DNA from: Squalus acanthias
Taxonomy: Eukaryota
Length of the DNA stretch: 64,000 nucleotides
Direction of reading: 5' to 3'
Assembly (NCBI GenBank): GCA_030390025.1
Contig: CM059431.1
Location: 131,194,001-131,258,000, forward strand
Each line of letters begins with the position of its first letter. Positions within the stretch are counted from its first letter, which is position 1. Under the pieces are notes generated by a model. It ran no database searches and had not been told where the DNA came from. It saw only the letters and a program-made list of their open reading frames with translations. The translations under genes were made by a program, and so were the position numbers. Below, piece after piece: positions 35,175-45,782 of this stretch.

Positions 35175-35808
35175 CTTAAGAAACATAAATAGGAACAGTA
35201 GTAGGCCATTTGGCCCCTCGAGCCTACTCCGCCATTCAATAAGATCATGGCCGATCTTCTACCTCAACTCCACTTTCCTGCACTATCCCCATATCCCTTG
35301 ATTCCAAAGATTCGCCACCCTCTGAGTGAAGACATTTCTCCTCATCTCAGTCCTAAATGGCCGACCCCTTATTCTGAGACTGTGACCCCTGGTTCTAGAC
35401 TACCCAGCCAGGGGGAAACATCCTCCCTGCATCTACCCTGTCAAGCCCTGTAAGAATTTTGTATGTTTCAATGAGCTCACCCCTCATTCTTCTAAACTCT
35501 AGAGAATATAGGCCTAGTCTACTCAATCTTTCCTCATAAGACAATCCTCCCATCCCAGGAATCAGTCTGGTGAACCTTCATTGCACTCCCTCTATGGTAA
35601 GTATATCCTTCCTTAGGTAAGGAGACCAAAACTGTACACAATACTCCAGGTGTGGTCTCACCAGGGCCCTATATAATTGCAGTAAGACGTCTTTACTCTT
35701 ATACTCAAATCCTCTTGTAAGGCCAACATACCATTTGCTTTCCTAATTGCTTGTTGTACCTGCATGTTAACTTTCAGTGATTCATGTACAAGGACACCCA
35801 GGTCTCTC
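35175..35808 (-). mobile_element. CR1 3' fragment in intron 1 of the H3 Myb gene
   Basis: [27 protein letters not shown] motif and CR1 tail. Confidence 0.88.
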
Positions 35809-35966
35809 AGTGTGTGCAAGGTGTGAGATGTGGGTGAGAGTTTTGCAGCAGTGGTAAATGTGTCAGGGTGATGTGAAGCTATGATTGTGAGGCATGAGTG
35901 GTGATAGTTAGAGAATGTTGGTAAGTGAGTGACATGGTGCATGGAGCAGTGTATGAGGCTTGTGGT

Positions 35967-37978
35967 GCAGAAGTCAATGGGAATCTGGGGGAAAACGCTC
36001 CACTGGCTGGAGTCATACCTAGCACAAAGGAAGATGGTTGTGGTGGTTGAAGGTCAATCATCACAGCCCCAGGACATCGCTGCAGGAGTTCCTCAGGGCA
36101 GTGTCATAGGCCCAACCATCTTCAGCTGCTTCATCAATGATCTTCCCTCCAACATAAGGTCAGAAATGGGGATGTTCGCTGATGACTGCACAATGTTCAG
36201 CGCCATTCACAACTCCTCAGATAATGAAGCTGTCCATGCCCACATGCAACAAGACCAGGACGACGTTCAGGCTTGGGATTGATAAGTGGCAGGTAACATT
36301 CGTGCCACAGAAGTGCCAGGCAATGACTATCTCCAACAAGCGAGAGTCTAACCACCTCCCCTTGAAATTCAACAGCATTACCATCACCGAATCCCCCACC
36401 ATCAACATCCTGGGGGTCACCATTGACCAGAAACTTAACTGGACCACCCACATAAATACTGTGGCATCAAGAGCAGGTAAGAGGCTTGGGGGAAAAAATT
36501 CAGTTGGTTGCGCCTCCCGTTAGCACCTTAAGAGGGCGCTAATGGGGCGCAAAGAGTCTAGCGCCCAGGCGCGGCAATGTTTGCGCCGCTCGCGAAATTA
36601 ACTAGACATTTTGCGGCGGCGCTAAACACTACCGCCACGATCTCCTGCGCCGGCAGATCGTGACATCAGTCGAGTGCGCAACGCCCCGGTATCGCCCCGG
36701 AGCGGATATTGAGTGGCGCCCCCTGCCTTACTGCCTGCCGCTAGCAACGACAGGTTGAGGGGAGCATTTTGCAGTCAGGAAGGGACTGGGGGAGCGCTAT
36801 TTAAAGGCGACCGCTTCCTGCCTTTTATTGTTGGTGACATTTTGGAACCACGCATTCTGAGAGAGAGAGAGAGAGAGACTTCTGGAGAGATTCAACACTG
36901 TGTGAAGGAGTTTTGGGTACTGAGCAGCACTTTGCAGGTTCATTTTGATTTGCCCTTCCTTGTAATGATTTAGAAGAGACTGTGGGGGCTGCACTCTGAG
37001 CTCTTTCCCTGGTACTCTTCATTGTTCTTTCCAGCAGATTTGATGTGCAGGTCTCTCCAGGCCGAGATTCAAGGCTGCAATGAGCAGGATGTGGATGGAA
37101 AGCAAGATCAACCCTCCCCTTTAAGAACTGGCCCGCGCCATTGTGTCTGTGTTCCATTGCTGACCGACATCACATGAGCTTCGCCAGCGCTCTGAGGTAG
37201 CGCCTCGCTCCTCGGCCTTTGCGCCTTAAGACAGGTGTGAAGCGCCTGATTTAGCGCTCCAATCACCTCCAGGGGCGATAAAAGTCAAGTTTGCAGTCGG
37301 TGGCGATAATTAACGCCAGGCGCTAATCTTGGCACCCGGACGATAATTGCGCCCCAAACGGGGCGATACTGAATTTCTCCCCCTTGGTATTCTGCGGTGA
37401 GTGTATCACCTCCTGACTTCCCAGAGCCTTTCCACCATCTACAAGGCACAAGTAAGGAGTGTGATGGAATACTCTCCACTTGCCTGGATGAGTGCAGCTC
37501 CAACAACACTCAAGAAGCTCGACACCAACCTGGACAAAGCAGCCCGGTTGATTGGCACCCCATCCACCACCTTAAACATTCACTACCTCCATCACCGATG
37601 TATCGTGGCTACCATGTGTACCATCTACAAGATGCACTGCAGCAACTCGCCAAGGCTTCTTCGGCAGCACCTCCCAAACCCGCGACCTCTTCCACCTAGA
37701 AGGACAAGGGCAGCAGGCGCATGGGAACACCACCACCTCCAAGTTCCCCTCCAAGTTGCACACCATCCTGACTTAGAAGCATATCGCCGATCCTTCATCG
37801 TCACTGGGTCAAAATCCTGGAACTCCCCACCTAACAGCACTGTGGGAGTACCTTCACCACACGGACTGCAGTGGTTCAAGAAGGTGGCTCACCACCACCT
37901 TCTCAAGGGTAATTAGGGATGGGTAATAAATGCTGGCCTTGCCAGTGACGCCCACATCCCATAAACAAATTTACAAAA
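35967..37978 (+). mobile_element. Second CR1-group LINE family, RT and 3' end, split by MITE M1
   Basis: GVPQGSVIGPTIFSCFINDLP, FADDCT, IYKAQVRSVMEYSPLAW; tail CACCACCTTCTCAAGGG.AATTAGGGATGGG.AATAAATG. Confidence 0.85.
36488..37383. mobile_element. Harbinger MITE M1 (~896 bp)
   Basis: TIRs GGGGGAAAAAATTCAG / CTGAATTTCTCCCCC; TSD approximately TTG; inverted near-copy of 38750-39643. Confidence 0.92.
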
Positions 37979-38301
37979 AGATGGTGGGATATGGCATTTG
38001 TTGAAGCTTTCACTCACCTTGACCAGCCGTGTGAAGTCATTAAACTTTTTGGGGCGTTGGATTCAGGTCCTTGGGACAACACTGGTGGCCGTGATGGATT
38101 GTGCAATCTCTTCCCAAAACCTTCTGCAAATGACCTTGGATGGCCTCTTGCCTCCCTACGGGTAAAGAACAACCCGCCTTCATTGGGACCCCAGGACCAA
38201 GACCTCCAGTGCAGCATCTGAAAATCGTTTATCTCGTTCTCTAGGTTGTTGTGCCATTGTTTCTCCAGACTGACAGTGAGGTGCTTCTGCAACAAAGGAC
38301 G

Positions 38302-38398
38302 CTGATGAAAGGTCTTCGACCTGAAACGTTAACTCTGTTTCTCTCTCCACGGATGCTGCCTGGCCTGCTGAGTTTTTCCAGCGTTTTCTGTTGTTATT
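38302..38398 (+). mobile_element. Penelope-like terminal fragment with a minimal hammerhead-ribozyme core
   Basis: CTGATGA-A-AGGTC(TTC)GACCT-GAAA-CGTT; two further copies in the window. Confidence 0.72.
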
Positions 38399-38749
38399 CC
38401 ACAAGGGTAATAATCTCTGGATTACTACCTGAGCCATGCGCAAATTGGCATAGGGTCAAGCAGATCAGAGAGTTAAATGCCTGGCTCAAAGAATGGTGTG
38501 GGAAAAAGGGGTTTCAATTCATGGGGCACTGACACCAGTACTGGGGAAAGAGGGAACTGTTCCGTCGGGCTGGAATCAGCGTCCTGGCGAATTGAATAGC
38601 TAGGGCTGTAGATAGGGCTTTAAACTAAAAAAAAGGTGGGTGCGGGATCAGGTGAGGGGAAATTTAGAAATCTAAAGAGAAAGGTCAAGGCAATAGAGCA
38701 GGGTAGCGATTTGGGTAAAAATAAGCTGAGTATGACAGGAAGGGACAGA

Positions 38750-39643
38750 GGGGGAAAAATTCAGTATCGCCCCGTTTGGGGCACAATTATCACCCGGGCG
38801 CAAAGATTAGCGCCTGGCGCTAATTATCGCCTCCGACTGCAAACTTGACTTTTATCGCCCCTGAAGGTGATTGGAGCGCTAAATCAGGCGCTACACATCT
38901 GTCTTAAGGCACAAAGGCCGAGGAGCGAGGCGCTAACTCAGAGCGCTGGCGAAGCTCATGTGATGTCAGTCAGCAATGGAACACAGACACAATGGCCCCG
39001 GCCAGTTCTTAAAGGGGAGGGTTGATCTTGCTTTCCATCCACATCCTGCTCATTGCAGCCTTGAATCTCGGCCTGGATAGACCTGTACATCAAATCTGCT
39101 GGAAAGAACAATGGAGAGTACCAGGGAAAGAGCTCAGAGTGCAACCCCCACAGTCTCTTCTAAATCGATACAAGGAAGGGTAAATCAAAATGAACCTGCA
39201 AAGTGCTGCTCAGTACCCAAAACTCCTTCACACAGCGTTGAATCTCTCCAGAAGTCTCTCTCTCTCTCTCTCAGAATGTGTGGTGCAAAAATGTCACCAA
39301 CAAAAAAAGGCAGGAAGCGGTCGCCTTTAAATAGCGCTCCCCCAGTTCCTTCCTGACTGCAAAACACTCCCCTCAACCTGTCGTTGCTAGCGGCAGGCGG
39401 TAAGGCAGGGGGCGCCACTCAATATCCGCTCCGGGGCGCTACCAGGGGCGTTGCTCACTCGACTGATGTCACTATCTGCCGGCGCAGGAGATCGTGGCGG
39501 TAGTGTTTAGCGCCATCGCAAAATGTCGAGTTAATTTCGCGAGCGGCACAAACATCGCTGCGCCCAGGCACTAGTTGCTTTGCGCCCCATTAGCGCCCTC
39601 TTAAGGCGCTAACGGGAGGCGCAACCAACTGATTTTTTCCCCC
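38750..39643. mobile_element. Harbinger MITE M2 (894 bp), inverted relative to M1
   Basis: TIRs GGGGGAAAAATTCAG / CTGATTTTTTCCCCC; TSD AGA. Confidence 0.92.
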
Positions 39644-41631
39644 AGAGAGTTTAATGGTAGCAGTGTAGCAGAGAATAAGGTCAAAGCAGGGAATAATGGT
39701 AAAAAAATTAAATTAAAGGCTCTTTATCTGAATGCACGAAGCATTCGTAATAAGATAGACAAACTAGTGGCACAAATAGAGATAAATAGGTTTGATGTAA
39801 TAGCCATTACAGCGATATGGTTGCAAGGTGACCAAGGTTGGGAACTAAATGTTCCAGGGTACTTGACGTTTCGAAAAGACAGGCAAAATGGAAAAGGAGG
39901 GGTAGTAGCCCTGATAATAAAGGATGACATAAGGACAGTAGCGAGAAAGGATCTTGGCTCGGAAGGTCAGGAGGTACAATCAGTATGGGTGGAGATAAGG
40001 AATAACAAGGGGCAGAAAAAACTGGTAGGAGTAGTATATAGGCCCCCTAACAGTAGCTTTACCGTTGGACAGAATATTAATCAAGAAATAGTAGGAGCTT
40101 GCAACAAAGGTAATGCAATAATCTTGGGGGACTTTAATCTTCATATAGACTGGACAAATCAAATTGGCAAAGGTAGTCTGGAGGACGAGTTCATGGAATG
40201 CATTTGGGACAGTTTCCTAGAACAATATGTCATGGAACCAACGAGGGAACAGGCTATTTTAGATCTTGTATTGTGTAATGAGACAGGGTTAATTAGCAAT
40301 CTCATAGTAAAGGATCCTCTGGGGCAGAGTGATTATAATATGATAGAAGTTCACATTAATTTTGAAAGTGACTTGCCCAAGTCCGAAACTAGAATCTTAA
40401 ACTTAAATAAAGCCAATTACATAGGTATGAGGGGCGAGTTGGCTCAGGTAGATTGGAAAAATAGATTAAAAGGTATGGCGGTAGATAAGCAGTGGCTAGC
40501 ATTTAAAGAAATATTTCATAATTCTCAACAAAAATACATTCCATTAAGAAACAAAAACTCTACAGGAAAAGTGATCCAACCATGGCTAACTAAAGAAGTT
40601 AAGGATAGCATTAGATTGAAAGAAGAAGCTTATAATGTTGCAAAGAATAATAGTAAGCCTGAGGATTGGGAGAGTTTCAGAAACCAGCAAAGGTTGACAA
40701 AAAATTGATAAAAAGGGAAAAAATAGAATATGAGAGAAAACTAGCAAGAAATATAAAAGCAGATTGTAAGAGTTTCTACAAGGGGATCTAAAAAGGAAGA
40801 GAGTAGAAAAAGTAAATGTTGGTCCCTTAGAGGCTGAGACAGGAGAAATTATTATGGGGAATAAGGAAATGGCAGAAACGTTAAACAAATATTTTGTATC
40901 TGTCTTCACAGTAGAAGACACAAAAAGCATAACAAAAATTATGGGGAACCAAGGGTCTAATGAGGGTGAGGAACGTAATGTAATTAATATAAGTAGAGAA
41001 AAAGTACTAGAGGAACTAATGGGACTAAAAGCCAACAAATCCCCTGGAGCTGACGGCCTACATCCTAGGGTTCTAAAAGAGGTGGCTGAAGAGATAGTGG
41101 ATGCATTGGTTTTGATCTTCCAAAATTCCCTAGATTCTAGAATGGTCCCAGCGGATTGGAAGGTCGCAAATGTAACACCACTATTCAAGAAAGGAGGGAG
41201 AGAAAAAACAGGGAACTACAGGCCAGTTAGCCTGACATCAGTCGTTGGGAAAATGCTGGAATCCATTGTTAAGGATGTAACTAGCAGGGTTGATAAAAGG
41301 GAACCAGTGGATGTAGTATATTTGGATTTCCAAAAGGCATTCGATAAGGTGCCACATAAAAGGTTATTACACAAGATTAGGGCTCATGGGGTTGGGGGTA
41401 ATATAGTAGCATGGATAGAGGATTGGTTAACGAACAGAAAACAGAGAGTAGGGATAAATGGATCTTTTTCAGGTTGGCAGGCTGTAACTAGTGGGGTACT
41501 GCAAGGATCAGTGTTGGGGCCTCAGCTATTTACAATCTATATTAATGACCTAGATGAAGGGACCGAGTGTAATGTATCCAAGTTTGCTGATGATACAAAG
41601 CTAGGTGGGACAGTAAGCTATGAGGAGAACA

Positions 41632-42425
41632 CATTTTGTCAATGGAGGTGCATTGGAGGCGGGACTGCTGGTTTTTAGGTTTCAGTCTCGCCCCCAGCGA
41701 CGTCTGACCAACCCATGCTATTTTCCCTTGATTGACCTTGTTAAGCCCGCCCTGCGGGCTTACCGGCCAATTAAGTGAATGTCGATGACAGATGACGTCA
41801 GCGTATGACACTTCATCTGTCGAAAAAATTTTGACAGATGAATTGTCAGCGTTTGACAGCTTTGAGAAGCTGTCAAACACTGACAATCTCTGTTCTAAGG
41901 TGATCCCTTGCACAGAAGGCTCACCAAGACCTCTCTCCTCAGCAGAAAGCAGCCATTCTGTCATCTCTGCCGTTGAGATGAGGCATCCTCAAAGGTTAAA
42001 GCCTGCAGGAAGAAGCAAAGGTAAGGAAACTTTTTCCAACACTTTACACTCACCTCTCATACTTACCTGTCCACACTTGCAACCATCACTCACCTCTACA
42101 GCGGACATTTTGACCCCTCTCACCCCCGCAGACCCACTGCTCGCCTCGCTGACCCTGGCGAGGTTCGCAGCCATCGGGAAGCCCACATTTGCTGGCGTAA
42201 AATGAGGATAAGCCCCAAAACTATCTGTTAACAGGCAGTTAATTGGCTCTAATCCACTTCCCGCCTTGAGGAGACTGGTCCCTGCGCGACTCAGGGGACG
42301 CGCCTCCCAGGAAGATGGCACGGAGGCGGGTTGGGAGCGGGGTCGGTACCCGCTCCCAGTTTCTGCCATTTTCCCAGCAGTCCCGCCTCCATACTCACCT
42401 CCCCAGGGCTGGGAAAATTCCCCCC
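41632..42425. mobile_element. Harbinger-type MITE, same family as 51590-52424, left TIR clipped
   Basis: Interrupts CR1 RT just after FADDTKL; right TIR GAAAATTCCCCCC; colinear with 51590-52424. Confidence 0.85.
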
Positions 42426-43588
42426 AAAGAGTCTGCAAAGAGATATAGATAGACTAAGTGAGTGGGCAGTAAGGTGGCAGATGGAGTATAATGTAAGGAA
42501 ATGTGAGGTTATTCACTTTGGTAGGAAGAATAGAAAAATAGACTATTTTTTAAATGGTGAGAAACTTTCAAATGTTGGTGTTGAGAGAGATTTGGGTGTC
42601 CTCGTGCAAGAAACACAGAAAGCTAGCATGCAGATACAGCAAGCAATAAGGAAGGCAAATGGCACGTTGGCATTTATTGCAAGGGGGTTGGAGTATAAGA
42701 GTAAGGAAGTCTTGCTACAATTGTACAGGGCCTTGGTGAGACCACACCTGGAGTACTGTGATCAGTTTTGGTCTCCTTATCTAAGGAAGGATATACTTGC
42801 CTTGGAGGCGGTGCAACGAAGGTTCACTAGATTGATTCCTGGATGAGAGGGCTTGTCCTATGAGGAGAGATTGAATAGATTGGGCCGATACTCTCTGGAG
42901 TTTAGAAGAATGAGAGGTGATCACATTGAAACATACAAGATTCTAAAGGGGATTGACAGGGTAGATGTTGAGAGGTTGTTTCCCCTGGCTGGAGTGTCCT
43001 AGAACTAGGGGGCATAATCTCAGGATAAGGGGTAGGCCATTTAAGACTGAGATGAGGAGGCATTTCTTCACTGTTGTGAATCTTTGGAATTCTCTGCCCC
43101 AGAGGGCTGTGAATGCTGAGTCTAGTATATTCAAGGCTGAGATAGATAGATTTTTGAACTCTAGGGAAATCAAGGGATATGGAGATCGGGCGGGAAAGTG
43201 GAGTTGAGGTCGATGATCAGCCATGATCTTATTGAATGGCGGAGCAGGCTCGAGGGGCCGTATGACCTACTCCTGTTCTTATGTTCTTTCAGTAGTGGAG
43301 AGAGCCTAGGCAAACTTTATTGGCTATTAGACTGCACCCAATATTACCACTCCCGCCACCCCCACTTTGCTCGCTAAGCCACACAGCAGACTGCTTTTCG
43401 TGCTGAGATCATTTTGTGTGCTGCCTGCACCACTGAGAAGAGGTGCAGGCAAAAAGCCCTGGCCAGTGCCAGCACCCGTTTTTGGGCCTTATCCAATTTC
43501 TAGGCCTGGGTTTGCTCTAGCAAAGGCAAACAAATATTTAAAATCTGGTTTGAAGCTTTTAAAGGCTAAAATAAAATTTGCTCCATGT

Positions 43589-45130
43589 GACATTCGATTG
43601 CCCCCGAAAACGGGCGCGGGGATGGTGATGCGGGAGCAACCCATGCCCATTCAATGTAATGCAGGCAACACGTAAACTTCGTGCTGCCCGCTGATTAAGA
43701 CAATTGTGGCATACAGCCCAGCGCTGAACGCACTGCTGAGTGGCTGCACGCTCAGCAGGGGGCCCAAGTTCGTGCAAGGCTAGCACCAATTAAAACTAGC
43801 CTGCATTTCCTAAAGGCAGTCTGCACCTTTTAAAGGGGAGGTGCATTCTGGCTGCAGCAGGTGATTCAACTGGCTGAGGAACAGAGTCTGAGCAGGAAAA
43901 GGTACTACTGATGACATAACAGGGGAGAGCATGCTCCAAGGTTCTTGGATGCAGCACTGGAGGCCTTGGTGCAAGAGGTGGACAGGAGGAGAGAGGTCCT
44001 GTTTCCACAGGGGGCCAGGAGGCCCTCCAGGCAAATTCAGAAAAGGCAATGGGAGCAGATAGCTGTCATAGTCAATGCCAGCAGTGTAGCCCAGAGGACC
44101 TGGATGTAGTGCAGGATGAAGTTTAATGACGAGTGTTCAAGGTCATTGAATTAATCTTCAAATGCCATATCCACCATCTGCACCACTAACTCACACACTG
44201 CTCAATACACCACAACTCCATCACCTACCTACCAAATACAACGCATACCTCACATTGATAGCTTCACCTCACCCTCACACACTTACTGCTGCAAGTCTCA
44301 CACCCACATCTCACAGCTTGCACACACTGTCAGCTATTCAACCATGACAGGCACATCACCCAAACACATTGCACCGCACTCACTGACACACTTCCCTTTC
44401 TCTTGCAGGACAAGGTGGCTCAGAACTGGAGGCAGCAGAACCTAACTGGCAAGGGACAGGTGTGCCTCCATAACCTTACCCCGATGGAGGAGATGGTACT
44501 GGTCATTATTGGGAAGGCCATCGCTGAGCCCGTGGCCAGTGGCAGGGCTGAAAAAATACAAGCTGACGGTATCCTCATACATAATCCTGCTTCTCACATC
44601 CCACTTCACCCTCATCCATAATTTCTTCTGATTTATAAGCTGCACATGGTGTAAGCATACACCTCTTGCTTTTCCATCCCTCCCCTCACCACAATCTTAC
44701 CCTTGTGCCTTTCTCCTTTCAGATAGCCAAGAACTGCTACCTAGCCAGGCTCTGGTGGAGGGGCAGGAAATTGAAGAGCAACAAGTCACTGATGATGAAG
44801 ACACAGCACCGCCACTCGATTTCACACTCGCAGCCATCAGTTCAGATACTGACACTCCGCGCACTTTAGAAGATTGGTCAGAGGCAGGACCTGCACATGG
44901 TGAGACACCAGGCATGAGTGGCATGCAGCCAGGGCAGGGGGAAAAGAGTAGCGCAGTTGGAAGCTCCCCGGAGGGTGAGATAACACACGAGTTCTGCTGC
45001 AGAGGACTCAGATGAGGACTTTGATGGGACGGCCTAAAGAAGAAGGCTGATGGTTATGCACAATGAAATGCTTGGTGCATTGGCAGGCCTACCAGAAAGT
45101 CTGAATGCAATGCCAAGGAGCATGGAGGAA
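43589..45130 (+). pseudogene. Harbinger fragment H4: upstream region and 3-exon Myb/SANT-like pseudogene (~43911-44141, 44409-44568, 44723-45130)
   Basis: APRFLDAALEALVQEVDRRREVLFP...QWEQIA..VNASSVAQRTW..CRMKFND; acceptors TTGCAG 44408 and TTTCAG 44722. Confidence 0.8.
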
Positions 45131-45375
45131 TTCTTTTTTTTATTCGTTCCTGGGATATGGGCGTCGCTGGCAAGGCCAGCATTTATTGCCCATCCCTAAT
45201 TGCCCTTGAGAAGGTGGTGGTGAGCCGCCTTCTTGAACCGCTGTGGTGAAGGTACTCCCACAGTGCTGTTAGGGAGGGAGTTCCAGGATTTTGACGCAGA
45301 GACGATGAAGGAACGGCGATATATTTCCAAGTCAGGATGGTTTGCAACTTGGAGGGGAACTTGCAGGTGAAGGTG
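45131..45375 (-). mobile_element. Second CR1-group LINE family 3' tail
   Basis: Reverse complement of 37720-37975. Confidence 0.82.
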
Positions 45376-45782
45376 AACAGTTAGCAGTTCGAAGATCCTA
45401 TGAGAAAGGCAATTACTTGGAGAATCTCATGAAAAGGGACAGCTTTAATACCTCAGTTAACATCTATTTAGACAAAGCACTCCTGGCGGCCTCCGACGTT
45501 CTATCCTCCATAAACTTGAGGTCATCCAAAACTCTGCTGCTCGTGTCCTAACTCGCACCAATTCCCGCTCACCCATCTCCCCTGTGCTCGCCAACCTCCA
45601 TTGGCTCCCGGTTAAGCAACACCTCGATTTTAAAATTCTCATCCTTGTTTTCAAATCCCTCCATGGCCTCGCCCCTCCCTATCTCTGTAATCTCCTCCAG
45701 CCCTACAACTCCCCACCCCTCAGCCGAGATCTCGGCGTTCCACCAATTCTGGCCTCTTGAGCATCCCCAACTTTAATCGTCC

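Larger units (their letters stand above)
33688..38257 (-). pseudogene. H3 Myb/SANT-like gene, exons 38257-38018, 35090-34935 and 34779-33688
   Basis: MAQQPRERDKRFSDAALEVLV...WEEIA...KKFNDFTRLVK; GT/AG sites at the same positions as in H1; exon 3 shares QDDSIP.PTTAT with H1. Confidence 0.85.
30168..38295. mobile_element. PIF/Harbinger transposon H3 with five nested insertions; right TIR lost
   Basis: Left TIR GGGGCCTAGAAATTT; transposase (+) and 3-exon Myb gene (-). Confidence 0.88.
38399..43288 (+). mobile_element. Long CR1 LINE: end of ORF1 (esterase-like), ORF2 APE endonuclease plus RT, and 3' tail; two MITE insertions and a deletion near 41280
   Basis: [73 protein letters not shown]; tail TTCTTATGTTCTT. 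Confidence 0.93.
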
